Source: Phoronis australis (Eukaryota > Animalia > Phoronida). Taken from it: DNA of 64,000 nt. The notes below the pieces were generated by a model that worked only from the letters and a program-made list of their open reading frames with translations, made no database searches and had not been told where the DNA came from. Positions 1-12,345 of this stretch are shown piece after piece. The stretch spans positions 195,710 to 259,709 of the forward strand of contig NMRA01000050.1 of NCBI GenBank assembly GCA_002633005.1, given 5' to 3'. How positions within the stretch are numbered: the first letter of the stretch is position 1; every line of letters begins with the position of its first letter. The position numbers were made by a program, and so were the translations under genes.

Positions 1-799
1 AATAGTAAAACATGTAATGTGAGTGTAATATTGTTCAATACAATGGCACTGATGGGACCATATTACTTGTTTTACAAAAAAGTCACCAAAACTGTTGTTT
101 TTACAAATATAAGTTTACTAAGCTCTTTGGTGATTATTAGGTAACTTCAAATTCAAATTTCTCAAAAATGTGCAACTTTATATGTGGGAACTTTTTACAT
201 TTTGAAAACACTCTAATAAATGAATTATAAAACACCAGAATAGAATTGCCCCCCTAAAGTACTCACAAGAACCATTTTCTAGAGGCCCTACAAATTCTGG
301 CCCACCGACTACTACGGAACACCGCCCTGGTCTTTTATAACGCGTCCTCTTATTTATATCTTTATTGGTGTCAGTTATTAAAGCCAAACTTTCATTTTGT
401 CGTCAGCGTTTATAGCTTTGCTGGTGCTGCAAACGTAAAGGGTGTCACTCGCACCCAATCGGCGATGTACGAATAAAAAAGAGTGTAGGTGGCCTGATGC
501 GATCTGGGGTGCATTAGACCTGCTGTTGGGTCCATTGCACCAAACACCTGAGCCCCGTTATGGATCAACATATTCTTCGTGAAGGAAGTTTTCAAGTCTG
601 CCTGTCTCCTTTAAGAAAACGGGCACACTTTTCCATTTGTTACCATACAGTGCACGTTGCACACTGTATATATGTAGCAGTACAATCCAGTAGGTTGCTT
701 TTCTAAACAGAATGTCGTCGTTTATTTGTACTTTAGTTCTAAACTAGAGTACCCCGCTAAGCTCTAGCGCCCATATCAATAAACATCCCTTAATGAAAA

Positions 800-1389
800 C
801 TAAATCCTCTTTATTTTAATAACTGTACCTTTCAAAAGTACACGCACTCCTGACTCGTAATATGTCATGCATTGGCCGTTATTAGTCTCCGTGCAGTGCC
901 CTCCTGTGGGATAAAGATTGTTTAAGCCTGTCCTTCCACAGTGCTTAAACCACCATCCACCAGATTTATATGCTGCGCAATGCTTAGTTTCACTTTCGTC
1001 ATTATCGTGGTCTATTGTCGAAAAAAATGCTCCGTTTACTTGGCCCATCGCAGTGTCGGTATCTGAAATAGATAGTTTGTATTTCTCTTTCTCATCGGCT
1101 GTTGCGAATGAACTATGTTCACGTGTTACACTCGTGCCATTCCATGTGGTCATTACGTATTGTATTTTGTACTGAGCCTGCTGGGTGACGTAATGAATGT
1201 TTTCATTTCCGAGCCACAGCTCTCCTCTGACGTCGCCAAAACCATTCTTGTAATCAGACCAGCTCCTGTTGAAGTCAACGCTTCCATTGAATCTTCTCTG
1301 GATAACCATCCAACCATATTCACAGATGACGATGAAGGTTTTGTAACTGTTATGCGGCCTGATGCGCAGAAGGCCACTATAGTGAATGC
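800..1389 (-). CDS. Fibrinogen C-terminal (FBG) domain exon
   Basis: Open frame with WMVIQRR-x-GSVDF, GFG-x-GELWLGN, FST-x-DND and GGWW motifs; phase-1 acceptor at 1391-1390; stop TAG at 802-800. Confidence 0.93.
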
Positions 1390-4300
1390 CTAGAAAACAT
1401 GAACAGAACTACCATCTGCCTCTGGGCCCGTTTATAAAACGGTGAAATTTATAAGCAATGGGACTTGAAACTAGAGACTGGACTTTCAGATAAGACCAGG
1501 AATGTTAATATTTATACAATTTTAAGTTTTCGTGTTTATGTTGACATTTTTAAGGAATCCGGTTGCCCATTTGCAAGTTAATTACATGTACTACCTTTCA
1601 AGACAGTTGGAGGGCGACAATTTGTGTTGGTGGTCACTGCATGTAATGTCGCCCGGGCGAGTACACGTTTGAGTCGGGTGCAACGATATATGCCAAAACG
1701 CGACTTACAAAAATCCACATTTTCGAAATTTACGCAGATGTAAGTTTTCGGGTAACAGAATTGAAAGGTTCGAGAGAAAAATTAAAGCCCCGTAAAAAAA
1801 TTTATAAAACGTCACTACCAACATCGGGGGCATTTTTAATCGTAGGTCTTACGCCTGATCACAAATAGGACTGCCATAGGCACGCCATTGTGGCCTTGCG
1901 ACGACGCGGTTATAGGAGCGAAACATTGCATTTGGCATAAAAGTGGCCTTACGTAATGTAGTTCCTCGTTACACTCATTTTACAACCCAGTTTGACAAAT
2001 TATTTCCCAAAAAGTTATCATCGCCTCGTCGTGGCAAGTCGTACTACATGTACCTTTGATGAAAAGAGCCCAGTCCTAGACTGTAGTGTTTTTAACAATA
2101 TATAGGTTGGTGGGTCGGAATTTTGTGCTATGTGCAGGCCCAAATCGTCGTAACTTCAACATTGTGACAATTTGTAGTACCGCTACAGGCCCAAATTTTC
2201 ATAATTTCCCCATATTGATACCATTTTTTCTTGTGTAAATTTGGTACCGAATTGTCTCAACGGCGTAATTTGTGTCAGTGGAATAGTTTGCTACGCTGCT
2301 GGGAAGTTTTTGCCCGAGCTTCGATATAAAATATACAACAACAACAACAGATGGCATATCGAGATATACATGAATATGAGGTTAACCTTATGAATTTTTA
2401 TTTCATTCCGCACTCACAAAAATGTACATGATCAAGACAGCATTTGTATTTTTTGTAAAATTCCGCAATTTAGCGCAAGAGGGCGTTCTTTCTTAATTGC
2501 AAGATGAAAACACTATTTGGTCGAAAACCGATCTATGCTTGGTGTCTCAGCAGGAGTGGTACCTAGGTGCATGCGAACAATCGCCATGTTCAACAGTGCT
2601 CTACACTGACCATTAAACCCGGGGTGCAGAGCATGTTTTCGTGTCAATGGGCGGAGATTCAGTCTTAGCACGAGTGGATATCTACACATGAACTGTCCTG
2701 CGCGGCTACGTACTGTCGTAGACAACCTTTCTTTTAAAGTTCATACATCTTAGAAAAGGATATGCAAAAGGCAACCTCCATGGCAGCCCAAATTGACACA
2801 AGCAAAGATTGTTGTGATAATGTGGGCAAACTGTGGCAGTTTGGGTCTACAGCGCTGACCCAAGTTGTGACAATTTTAAAGTTGAGCGAATTTGGGACGT
2901 TGTACATTTTGAACCAGCACAGTGCCTCAACAGATTTTTGAAGATATCTAACCCGGTAGCGAAGGTATGCGGTTATGGTAGTCTCTGAGCATGTGTCGAG
3001 TAATGCGAGTATGCGCGATACCATCTTCTCTACAAGTTTGTGAAGTGCTTTAGAGATGGGATTTTAAACAAGGGTAAAATGTTAACATTTTTTATAAAAT
3101 ACGTGAAGCAGGATTCACAGCTTGTTCGTCCATCTTGTGGTATGAGGTGATTGATCAAAATGTTTGAGATTGGTTGATAATTGCGGTATTTAGAAATATG
3201 CAAATGTACGCACCGGGGTCTGCACAGTCTTGAAATACCTGAAAAACAAAAAAGAATAACCATTTAACGAGGTGACCAGCAGTTGTCAAGGCGCCATGCT
3301 TTCTTATACACACGAGCGCCTACGGACATACATGTACATGAATTCACATGCACATAAATTATGCGCATGCAGACAAACGAGCAGATATCCAGCCACAAAC
3401 ACGCACACTAACAAATATACGTATATAGACCTAATGCACGCCGACAGGAGGCGAGTTCCAAAACGAGGCTCGCTGCGATGGCTCTGTTGGCTTATCGGCA
3501 TACTGGTTGTATTCCGTGTTGCTCGAACGCTTGGGAAAAATACGGACACTCAACTGTCTGGTTTACAATCCATGAGGACGTTGAGATTCGGAAGCGTTGG
3601 GTCGTTGCCCCAGGCCGCGACAAAGGAAAAATTTATAAATGTTTTCGAAAAGTTAGATCATATTTTGTCGCATCTCGATAGCAACGACCGGAGAATCTTC
3701 GGCCAGCCAGGATGTTTTCATGACTACGGGTTGAAAGGTTATGCATTTTTCTTTCCAAAAAGGACAGGGCCCTCAATCCCTCGATTATGGGGCCGAATAT
3801 CGGCCCTATTCCTCTCTCAAAAATATTGAAAAATCCCCCGAAATTCCCCCGAGACCTAAAAATTTCCCTAGTGATTAAAAAGCTCTCTCCAAAGTTCAAA
3901 TCACCCGCCTGTATCCACACAGGTTACAATTAGAAAGAGCGCAAGATGCTACATGTGATTGAGACAGAGCCTATGAGAGCTTGCAACAGGGCGTGGGTGC
4001 TATTGATGATGAGTAGATTTCCCCTCACTCGGCGAAATTCCCCTCTCAGAAGGCACAGGCACCTTTCCCCTCGTATGAACGAGGCCCCTGAAGAAACATC
4101 ATAACTATGCTTGCTCTGTGCAGTTAACTCAAGTTGAGCAGCTCTACAACGATGTTATTAATATGCTTTGGACGAACGAATTATGTGTTTTGATTTTAAA
4201 ATTTAACTTGTTCCAGATTGATATTTGAAACCTAACACATGAAATTGACGTAAAAATATTAAAACCTAGAAAACAAAATCAATGGTCGATTAATTACTTG

Positions 4301-5372
4301 TGAATGTGTGCAAGGGAGTGAATGATAACCTGGATATAATGCAAAAGCGATTTCTGGGGCTGTGCTCGTCTTTAAATATGTTTTCAAATTTTAAAGAATT
4401 AACAAATTATTTATATTTTCAATTACGAGCCTGGTTTTCTATTTTAATAAAAAATATATTTAATAACATCAGTTATTCTTTCAGATCAACGACAAATCAT
4501 CTGTTAGTCCCGGAAGTCCCTGCCTCACCAGGACCTACATGTAGGCTATATGGTTGATGTTAATATTCTTGATCAATAAATTAAACTTAACATAACTTAT
4601 TGCACATGACAGCAAAATGCGATGAGCCACCACTGTCGAATATATCTTCAACTCTTTAACAATACAAGCAAATGACCTGGTTCGAGTAGAAAGCATTTTT
4701 ATCAACAATTTACAAGAAGAAACATAATCCAGCATTCAGCATAATACCTAATCCGTAACACTACGATCGCCGCAGTTCGGTCATATTTACTTTTCATGCT
4801 TCGAACCTAGTTTTCCGAAAAATAAACTTACACCCTTTCGTCAGACAACTCTTAATAGGTGCATCGACTTGTTCTCTAATGTGTTTTTCTACGTCTCTGT
4901 GGTTAATTATCGACACATTTTTAAGATCTAATACCCAGGTTGGACTCGAAAGACCGGCCATTTAACTCACGCAATGTAAACTTCCTCTGTTTTATCGCAG
5001 TGAGCCTCGCTTTGGATTTTAATGTCCGCAGGGTGAATTACGTCTCTGTACATTGTATGTATGAATGTAACCCACCTTCCATCCCAGTGTATTTCTCCCA
5101 GGTTTTGAAGATGTCTCCCTCCACGAGTTACACTTGAAGCACCTGTTAACACCTGCTTCTTTAGTTACGACAAAAGTGACGCATCTCTTGTCCAAAGCGC
5201 ACACGTGTGAACACTCGGTGAACCAGCGAACTGCTGAAAACGTTTCGTTGCCTTCACAAACATTTGTGCTTGTTACTTCCGTGTCAAACTCCTGGAAAAC
5301 TGCTGATCCCACTGACAGCGACGTTGTTCGACAGAGCATGGAAAACACTGAAAACCAAGCGAGAGTGGTCAT
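800..5372 (-). CDS. Secreted fibrinogen-related protein (FReD/FREP-like) with N-terminal signal peptide and PAN/Apple-like module
   Basis: Terminal exon 1389-800 follows acceptor ttttctag and reads (G)IHYSGLLRIRP...GWMVIQRRFNGSVDFNRSWSDYKNGFGDVRGELWLGNENIH...FSTIDHDND...CAAYKSGGWWFKHC, the classic fibrinogen C-terminal (FBG) motifs. First exon 5372-5076 (MTTLAWFSVFSMLC...ECSHVCALDKRCVTF...CFKC, donor AAG|gtgggt). Candidate phase-compatible linker exons 2318-2222 and 1636-1595 are speculative, and joining exon 1 to the FBG exon is inferred. Confidence 0.8.
1426..2071. mobile_element. Harbinger-like MITE (degenerate)
   Basis: ctg|GGCCCGTTT... at the left and ...AAAAGAGCC|cag at the right: loose inverted ends in a CWG context. 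Confidence 0.35.
3478..3766 (+). pseudogene. Degenerate THAP zinc-finger (transposase N-terminus) remnant
   Basis: GCIPCCSN...WFTIHEDVEIRKRWVVAPGRD resembles the THAP pattern C-x-C-x-N...F-P-D...R-x-W; frame is broken downstream and followed by a GGGCC-ended MITE-like segment (~3767-4090). Confidence 0.5.
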
Positions 5373-6363
5373 TCTTTGAAGTGCTTCACGACAGTGGATT
5401 AATCAGTAACACTTCATCAAAATATATACATATCCTATTTCTATCGATCACTTAATTGCAAATTCATTGTCCGGCAATCGCTTTGAATTGGGCGTACATT
5501 AAATAACAAAACAAATACCAATTTATTCACGTATCCGGCAACAATCACAATTTGTATGCGCAAAGAAGGTTTGTAATGTGACTTTTTTGTTGAAAAGCAA
5601 ACCATGGCACGATACATTACACCCACGCGTATGAGTTGTATCATCGATAGTGTTCTGCAAAGTCCAATCTGAGAAAACGGAGACCGGGAGCTAAATTACA
5701 AGTATCCAGTAACTCATTAGCCTTAAACCTCTTAGCTTTTGGAGAATGTTTGTTTTCCTAGGTTCACGCCTCGGGTTATTAATCACAGTGTGTAAGCGAA
5801 CTCGACTTTAGAGTCAAACAGACGTTCTTGAATGCGGCACATTGATTCCCCGTTGTATGACGTCATGGTATCCCCCAACAATTCCTGTGTACCGGGTATG
5901 CAGGATACACGCTAAGATGAGTCTCTATTTGTCAAGATTAAAGTGTGGCGCTAATGCAAACCAAATAACAGTTTACATGGTCGTCGCAAAATTGATGGTT
6001 TGATTAAAATCGACTTGTCAAACATTTTGTTTGAATATTTATGGGATAAAGCTCACTTCGCACATGTTGGTTAAAGACAGCATCCAGCGGCTAAAACACC
6101 TTTTGACACCAAAAATATATGTATTGTTCATAAAAAATATTGTTTTTGCTTCTTACATTCCACGGAAAGTAATTAATTGCAACGCAAATTACACGGCTCA
6201 TAATTCGTAGCCCCCTTTGAGAGCCCCAGAAAAAATCTCAACCTATCAGTGTAAAGTGGTTCATATGACATCATCGTGGCCACGAAATTAATGGGACGCC
6301 ACACTGCGTAACAGCTGAGTGCCATTTCTTGGACGTTCTGTACTTGTCAATCTTTGGGCTAAA

Positions 6364-6504
6364 ATGCCTCTTTGCGTGGTGTGCGGGTGTAGCAATGTCA
6401 GCGACAATGGGATACATTTGCACAACTGCCCCACCGATCACGTCGTGTGGCGTGCGTGGAATAGATTCGTGTCCATGACAAGGACTGGCGACAAACTGTT
6501 TTAG
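6364..6504 (+). pseudogene. Truncated THAP-domain remnant, possibly within a TTAA-AG (Kolobok-like) element starting ~6075
   Basis: MPLCVVCGCSNVSDNGIHLHNCPTDHVVWRAWNRFVSMTR matches the N-terminal half of THAP; no CxxHF half. Confidence 0.65.
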
Positions 6505-6837
6505 GCTTGGTGCAAAGGTGTATACAAAATCTACAGTTTCTCGTCGATGTGGGTAAAAATGACTAAATAAAAATCTGACTCAGAAATAGTGTCATTAAAA
6601 GCTGCAACGCTCTTTGAGTAAATCAAATTATTTACCGGTGTTGGAAGAATTATCGTTCTACCCATAGACGTCTATGGTTCTACCTCTCATCATAGACTAT
6701 AGTATATGGACCGCCAACGCTGTATACTTTCAATGGACGATCTGTGAACTTACGCACAAGCCCTTATGCATTATTCACTGGCGACACCTGGCTAAATTAT
6801 CTGGTGTAATTTCCGGGAAGTACGTCGTCTGCTAATC

Positions 6838-7074
6838 ATGGTCGGCTGCTGTGTGACCGGTTGTTCGGCCACACAGGCAAAATGCAAAGGGTTTAGCTTC
6901 CATACCATCCGAAGACCCCATAGTCGGCTGTGGGAAGAAAAGATTATTTCTTGTGTTAACGCGAATGGCAGTTGTTTCAGAAATAAGACTTTATACATTT
7001 GTTCAAAGCACTTTGAAGATGAATGTTTTTTTAATCCTGTCTTCACAAATTCATTTTTGTTTTCTCCGTTTTGA
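6838..7074 (+). pseudogene. THAP zinc-finger remnant (full C2CH set)
   Basis: MVGCCVTGCS...FSFHTI...LW...LYICSKHFEDECF; preceded by CATAGA-containing palindromes at 6663-6676 and 6691-6708 that may be element termini. Confidence 0.75.
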
Positions 7075-10000
7075 TGAAAACTATCTGGTAAATTTTTTGA
7101 CGAAAATTGTCCACTAAATTTTTTCCAATGGTAGTGACTCGTGAAATTCTGTCCTTACGAGGATCTTCAGCCATAGTCATAGTCTAGTGAGTGAAATTAA
7201 CCAAATATTCTTCTCTGGCCCTGATCAGACGGTTGGTCTCAGCAGAATGCGCACATTTGGCCAGGATTTGGATCAGCGATTTCAACAAATTCACCTTCGT
7301 GTACAAATAAATAGAACGCTGGTAAAACCTTTAACATAAGTAAAGATTACATTAATACTTCAGAAATAACCACCTGGACCAGTCAAAATCTATCTTGCAA
7401 TTCAACAGCAGGTTACACACTCATTTCATGTCGAAAAAATGCCGCACAAAATCTCTGGACTGCAGTCTATGAAAATGCAACCAACTTCTTTGAAAACATA
7501 GAACAGGAACACCAGATGGGTGTGAATGTTGTTTTTATTCTTCAATGTTAAAATTTTGTAAGCTGACACATGGTTTTTAAATTTCCGTCTTAAGTCCTAA
7601 CATTTCCAAACTTAAGCCTTTCAAACGAACGTTTATGACGAAAACAAAATAATTCTTCAACCAGTTTTGTAAAGTCCTATGCCACCTGTAGAGTACATAA
7701 TGAACCAATCCCACTCCCAATGTAACAAAAGGGTCCCGTGCATAAAGGATACTAAGTATTGCCCTTCTGAAATATTACCGTTTTCGCCCTAATAAGCGGT
7801 CAGGGCGCTTTGAAAAATCCGCTTCAGGAAGGGGGGGGCGCTTATTATAGCTCAAAAGTGGTTGAAACCCGGTCTCCGAAACAGGTGAAATCGTAAGCTA
7901 GAATTCATCAAATTTACGCTCTGTGACGCATCTGTAACCTAAACCAGAGTGTCTACAAAAGTACAGTGCATTGCTATCAAACTTTGTTGTTAACTTACGA
8001 GCATTTTTCACTGAGAAAATCCCCACTGCCGAAAATTGCCGTGAATCAGGTTTCAAGCTCCTCAGTTTGGTTTAACTATATATTAATAAACCATAAAAAT
8101 GTTCCAAGTGATCAGTGCAATGGGCCCACATGCACTGCCTGCACGCGTCTGGTAAAACGTGTATCATGCAGCTCCTGATTTAAATTTTGGTCCAGTATAA
8201 ATAACGCCAGAGACCTGGAAATCCAGCGAAACACTTCTACCTTACAAATCTGGCAATCCCTAGTCTCAGAAAATTTTAGCACCCGGCAAAATATTCTAAT
8301 GATGAAATTCCGGTGATGATAACCACCCACTTTGTTTATTTACTTCATCTACACAATTTGATATAGTTGGTAAAATGAAGCCCATTCGAGTAAGCACCAT
8401 GTGGGTCCCAATGCCAACCCATTGGCCATATATGATAGACCCCAACAAGCTCAAGTTGCAGTTAAATCAGGATGGGCATAAATAAAGAAATTTACTGTAT
8501 CAACAGATTGGCCAAATAAGAATAAGATACAAAGTCTTGCTACAGTGCATATGTGCACGATACTTGGTCTATTTTTTCCTGCCGTAAATGCATGAACCAA
8601 TCAGATCATCAATGGCCCAAAGTTTTCGATTCTTAGGGAGTCCTGCTATTGCTCTACTTATTTTCTAAACTTTATTGCGTTACATTTAATTTATTTTTTG
8701 TTCAACTCAATGAAGCAGCTTAATATGAATGCATTCAATACAATTAATGCATTGTAAAAACCAAAATTTAAGCTCTATCAACATTACACAAAATCAGTAC
8801 ACCCCTTTCTTAAAAAATGGGTTAAAAGTTAGAAACAAAGTACACAAGTTTCCATCACTTGTAACGTCGATTTTCGACATTGATGTTGGGGAGGAACATC
8901 AGTCTGACGACAGCAACACGGAATCGTACGAAGGCGATGATTTTCGAAATTTGATTCGTTTTTGTTGTATGTCTTTTTTCCGTACGGTTCAGGGTTACTT
9001 TTTAATCCAGGAACAAGAACTGAAAGAGGCAGGGTTCGTGATAACATTTATATAAGGTGTTACATTTGTCATCGATATTTTGATCTCCTCTGTTTTCGTC
9101 CAACCTGCCTTGATGAAAACGTGGATGAAGAGGACCTTCAGTACTTGAGTGAGCACGGTATACTGTGTGATTGATGTCGAATTATTCAACGGTTCTTTTA
9201 AGAACTATTTCACGCTATACCTTATGCTCGTGCACAGTACAACCAACGGCCCTTTTAAGGGCCACTCAACACTTCCCAGAAGAACTGCTCACTTGAGAAT
9301 GTTGAATTATAAACATGCAAAGGTTAAACTAGTCAAATCGTTGCAGAGGCGCACTTTTTAATTCGAACAAAATTGATATTTTTCTAAACCAAAAACGTTA
9401 TATACATGTAAGTATCTTTTGCATTCACAGGTACTCCTTGGAATTTGTGCACAAACGTGCTTTCGCAGTTTTCTCAGTAGGCCTATTTGAATCATAATTC
9501 ACAAATTGTTCGATAACTATGCTGCTATTGGGCAAGCAGACGACATAATCAGTTGGCACCGAAGTTTGAATTTTGTAATTAATTACCATTAGCATTGCCA
9601 AAAGTACTCACGATACCAGCACTTCTACTATTGGAAGACTTTGAACAGCGTTTCAATGTCGAAATTATTATTTTTTCGTTGTGCTGGACAGTAAAGTAGA
9701 TACGAGAATTTCCCGTCAAATTACACTAACCGGAAACTGCACCAGACAATTTAGAAGAGTTGCAGCGCCTAGCACGTACGTAAATGTCGGAGTTGCGAAT
9801 CTATGCTCTCACCTACTGCTAAGTGCGTTCTTGTGAGTCGGCGCTGTGCGATTACGACACCTGACCTGAACACTTTCTTTCCTCCCGGTTTATTCTTCTA
9901 TCAACTGTTCTTTGCTGCCACGAGGTTGCGTACAGTCACAACAAATTGTCGGAAATGGTTTCATTTCGTTACAAGTTATTAGCATTTTTAAGACCAGCAA

Positions 10001-12345
10001 ATCGAATTTAGAACCAACTTTACTGCTGCTCACAGGCGCTTGGGTTTATCAGTTCCTCGATCGCAAATGACGTCACTCAGTATTACATGTACGAAAACAT
10101 AAAATAATGTTGGACACTCGAAATCTGTTTCCTCAAAATTTTCTACTCAAATGTGCATGGAACTCCACGAAACTAGCATCGAACATCTCTTAGAATACTT
10201 TCTTTCATTTGATTTTTTCAAATTGCTTTCGAGTGGTGATTTGGCGACAAAAATGCCAAAAGAATGCCAAAACCACAAATTCAAGGAACATATTCCGTGA
10301 TGTCATGGCAGACGGTCTTCGCACATCCGAGTTTTTAACGGACGCTCCCGAGCTAAATCCGAAAGTCTATTTTCGCGCGCCGTCAATCCCTCGACTGCTT
10401 GGTCATGAGAAGCAGAGACCACTTTAAAAATATCATTGCCAAATAAATTTAACTACTCAGATATTTGTGTCAAATATAAATTATCCTGATACTGTATTGA
10501 TATGCGAAGTCTTTTTGTGTACTGCGATTTCTTGTGAAGGTTTTACTTTTAGCCAAAACCATTGAGTTAACTCGTCGGCCACGCGCACTTTTGTAATACT
10601 TGTACTGACTGCGTTTCCTGGCCGAGTGTGTCTTGTGCTTCAATCAAAAAAGTGCGTGATGTCAAGATGAGAAACAAGATACTCCAGTTTATGCAATACA
10701 ATTCTAAGTTAAGGGCTAAAATGAGCCGTCAGTGGAATAAAGTTACAAATAATCATTAAAATACTAACTTCAACATTCTCAATTAGTTGAGTTTTGGATT
10801 AGAATTATTGAATTTTAAATATAGGTTGCTTGCTCAAATCGAAGTTTCACCTACGACAGGCGTACAAGTTGAAGCACAACTGAAATCCGCCATGTTTAAT
10901 AATTTAGGTCCTTGAATTCCGAGTTTTGAGATTGTTTTGGAAATTACATCGCCAATTCACCACCCACGGAGACAGTTAATGGGATCTAGAAAGATAAGGC
11001 TTCGAAGGTTTCTGCAATACCAGAGTGACGGAGGTGCACGCAGATTTTATTTGGATTTTGGACGGTTGAAGTTGGGAGCCTCGGCTTGGCAAAGTTTTAG
11101 TGTCCAACCTTTATGTTTTTTACATATGTATATATGATTATGAGTGATCTGGAAATCCGAACGCCTGTGCTGCTGCTAAGCTGTCATTTCCCAAAATACG
11201 TCATTTACTACGTAAGCCAACACTGCGTGTATTATCTTACTAGAGTGCATTTGCCTGCGCGAATGTAGTTCACTTCTATCCTTTTGCTCGGTAGACGGCG
11301 CTTTTGTAAACATGGTGACTCGCGATTTCTGTGTTAGGCAGTAGGCCTATCGCGTTTCTTAATCAATGTAAATGTACTGAAAAACTGTTGTAAATGCCGA
11401 CTCAGATTAATCTCCGAACCGCGAATCTAACCGGGGCCAGTCACGTACGCCTCTACGGTTGTACTTGCATTAAGAGTGAGTTAAAAGGGTCTGAATTGAA
11501 GGTTAAGTGGTGATTTTCGACACATCACTGTAGTATGTGACTGTGGCCGCTTGGACTTCGACTTCAGAGTTCAGTTTTATCACACCTTACTACTTTGGAA
11601 ACAAGTCGGATATAATGTTCCCTGGTTTTGAGAATAACGCTATCAACATGTTGTAATAATTTCAGTGCAGGTTCACTTGTTATACCTCACAGAGTCAGAC
11701 TGTGTTAGCTAGATGGAACACACCAGACCAGTGCCGGTGTCAGTGACAGCAAATGTCTAGACTTGACCACGCGAATACACGTGTTGTTGGGAAAAAATGG
11801 GAAACGAACAACACGACAAGGACATGGTCGAAAAAAGTCGATGCCAATGTAACATTCCTATTATTTAGTGGATTAGACAGTGACCACTGGTCTCTAATTG
11901 GCCATGGGTATTCAGTATCTGAGGATTATCAACAATCCAACTCTTTCCTGTCAAACATGTCTGAAGATTCAAGTGATCAAGTTGATCGGAAACTGTTGTT
12001 TAAAATCAGTACATCTTTGGATGATCTTTGCAAGACTTCAGAAAAAAGTGTGCTTAGACTTCCCATGAGGAACCAGGATGACACATGCGGGCTATCACTT
12101 CTGTTGCTATGTGTCAATCACTACATATCGGTATGACTAAGAATGAATTGACCTTGAATATCATACAGTGTACATGTACATGTAACATTGTGTACATGTA
12201 CATGTAATATTTTTGAAAAACAATCTTTTTCCGAAGAATGGCTATTGTGGTGGGCGCCGTGGTCTGGTCGCGAGTCCGTTTGAAGACACACTCTAAAACA
12301 AGTTATGTCTATAAGGGGAATGACCAAGGGGGCACTCACACGACC

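Noticed and set aside
3272-3829. 185-aa ORF with a hydrophobic segment
   Set aside because: Alternate frame over a decayed THAP remnant and a MITE inside the FReD intron; no recognisable protein motifs.
9400-10426. Kolobok-like element ending in CT|TTAA (similar end at 596-614)
   Set aside because: Only one terminus is visible; no matching TIR or convincing peptide found.
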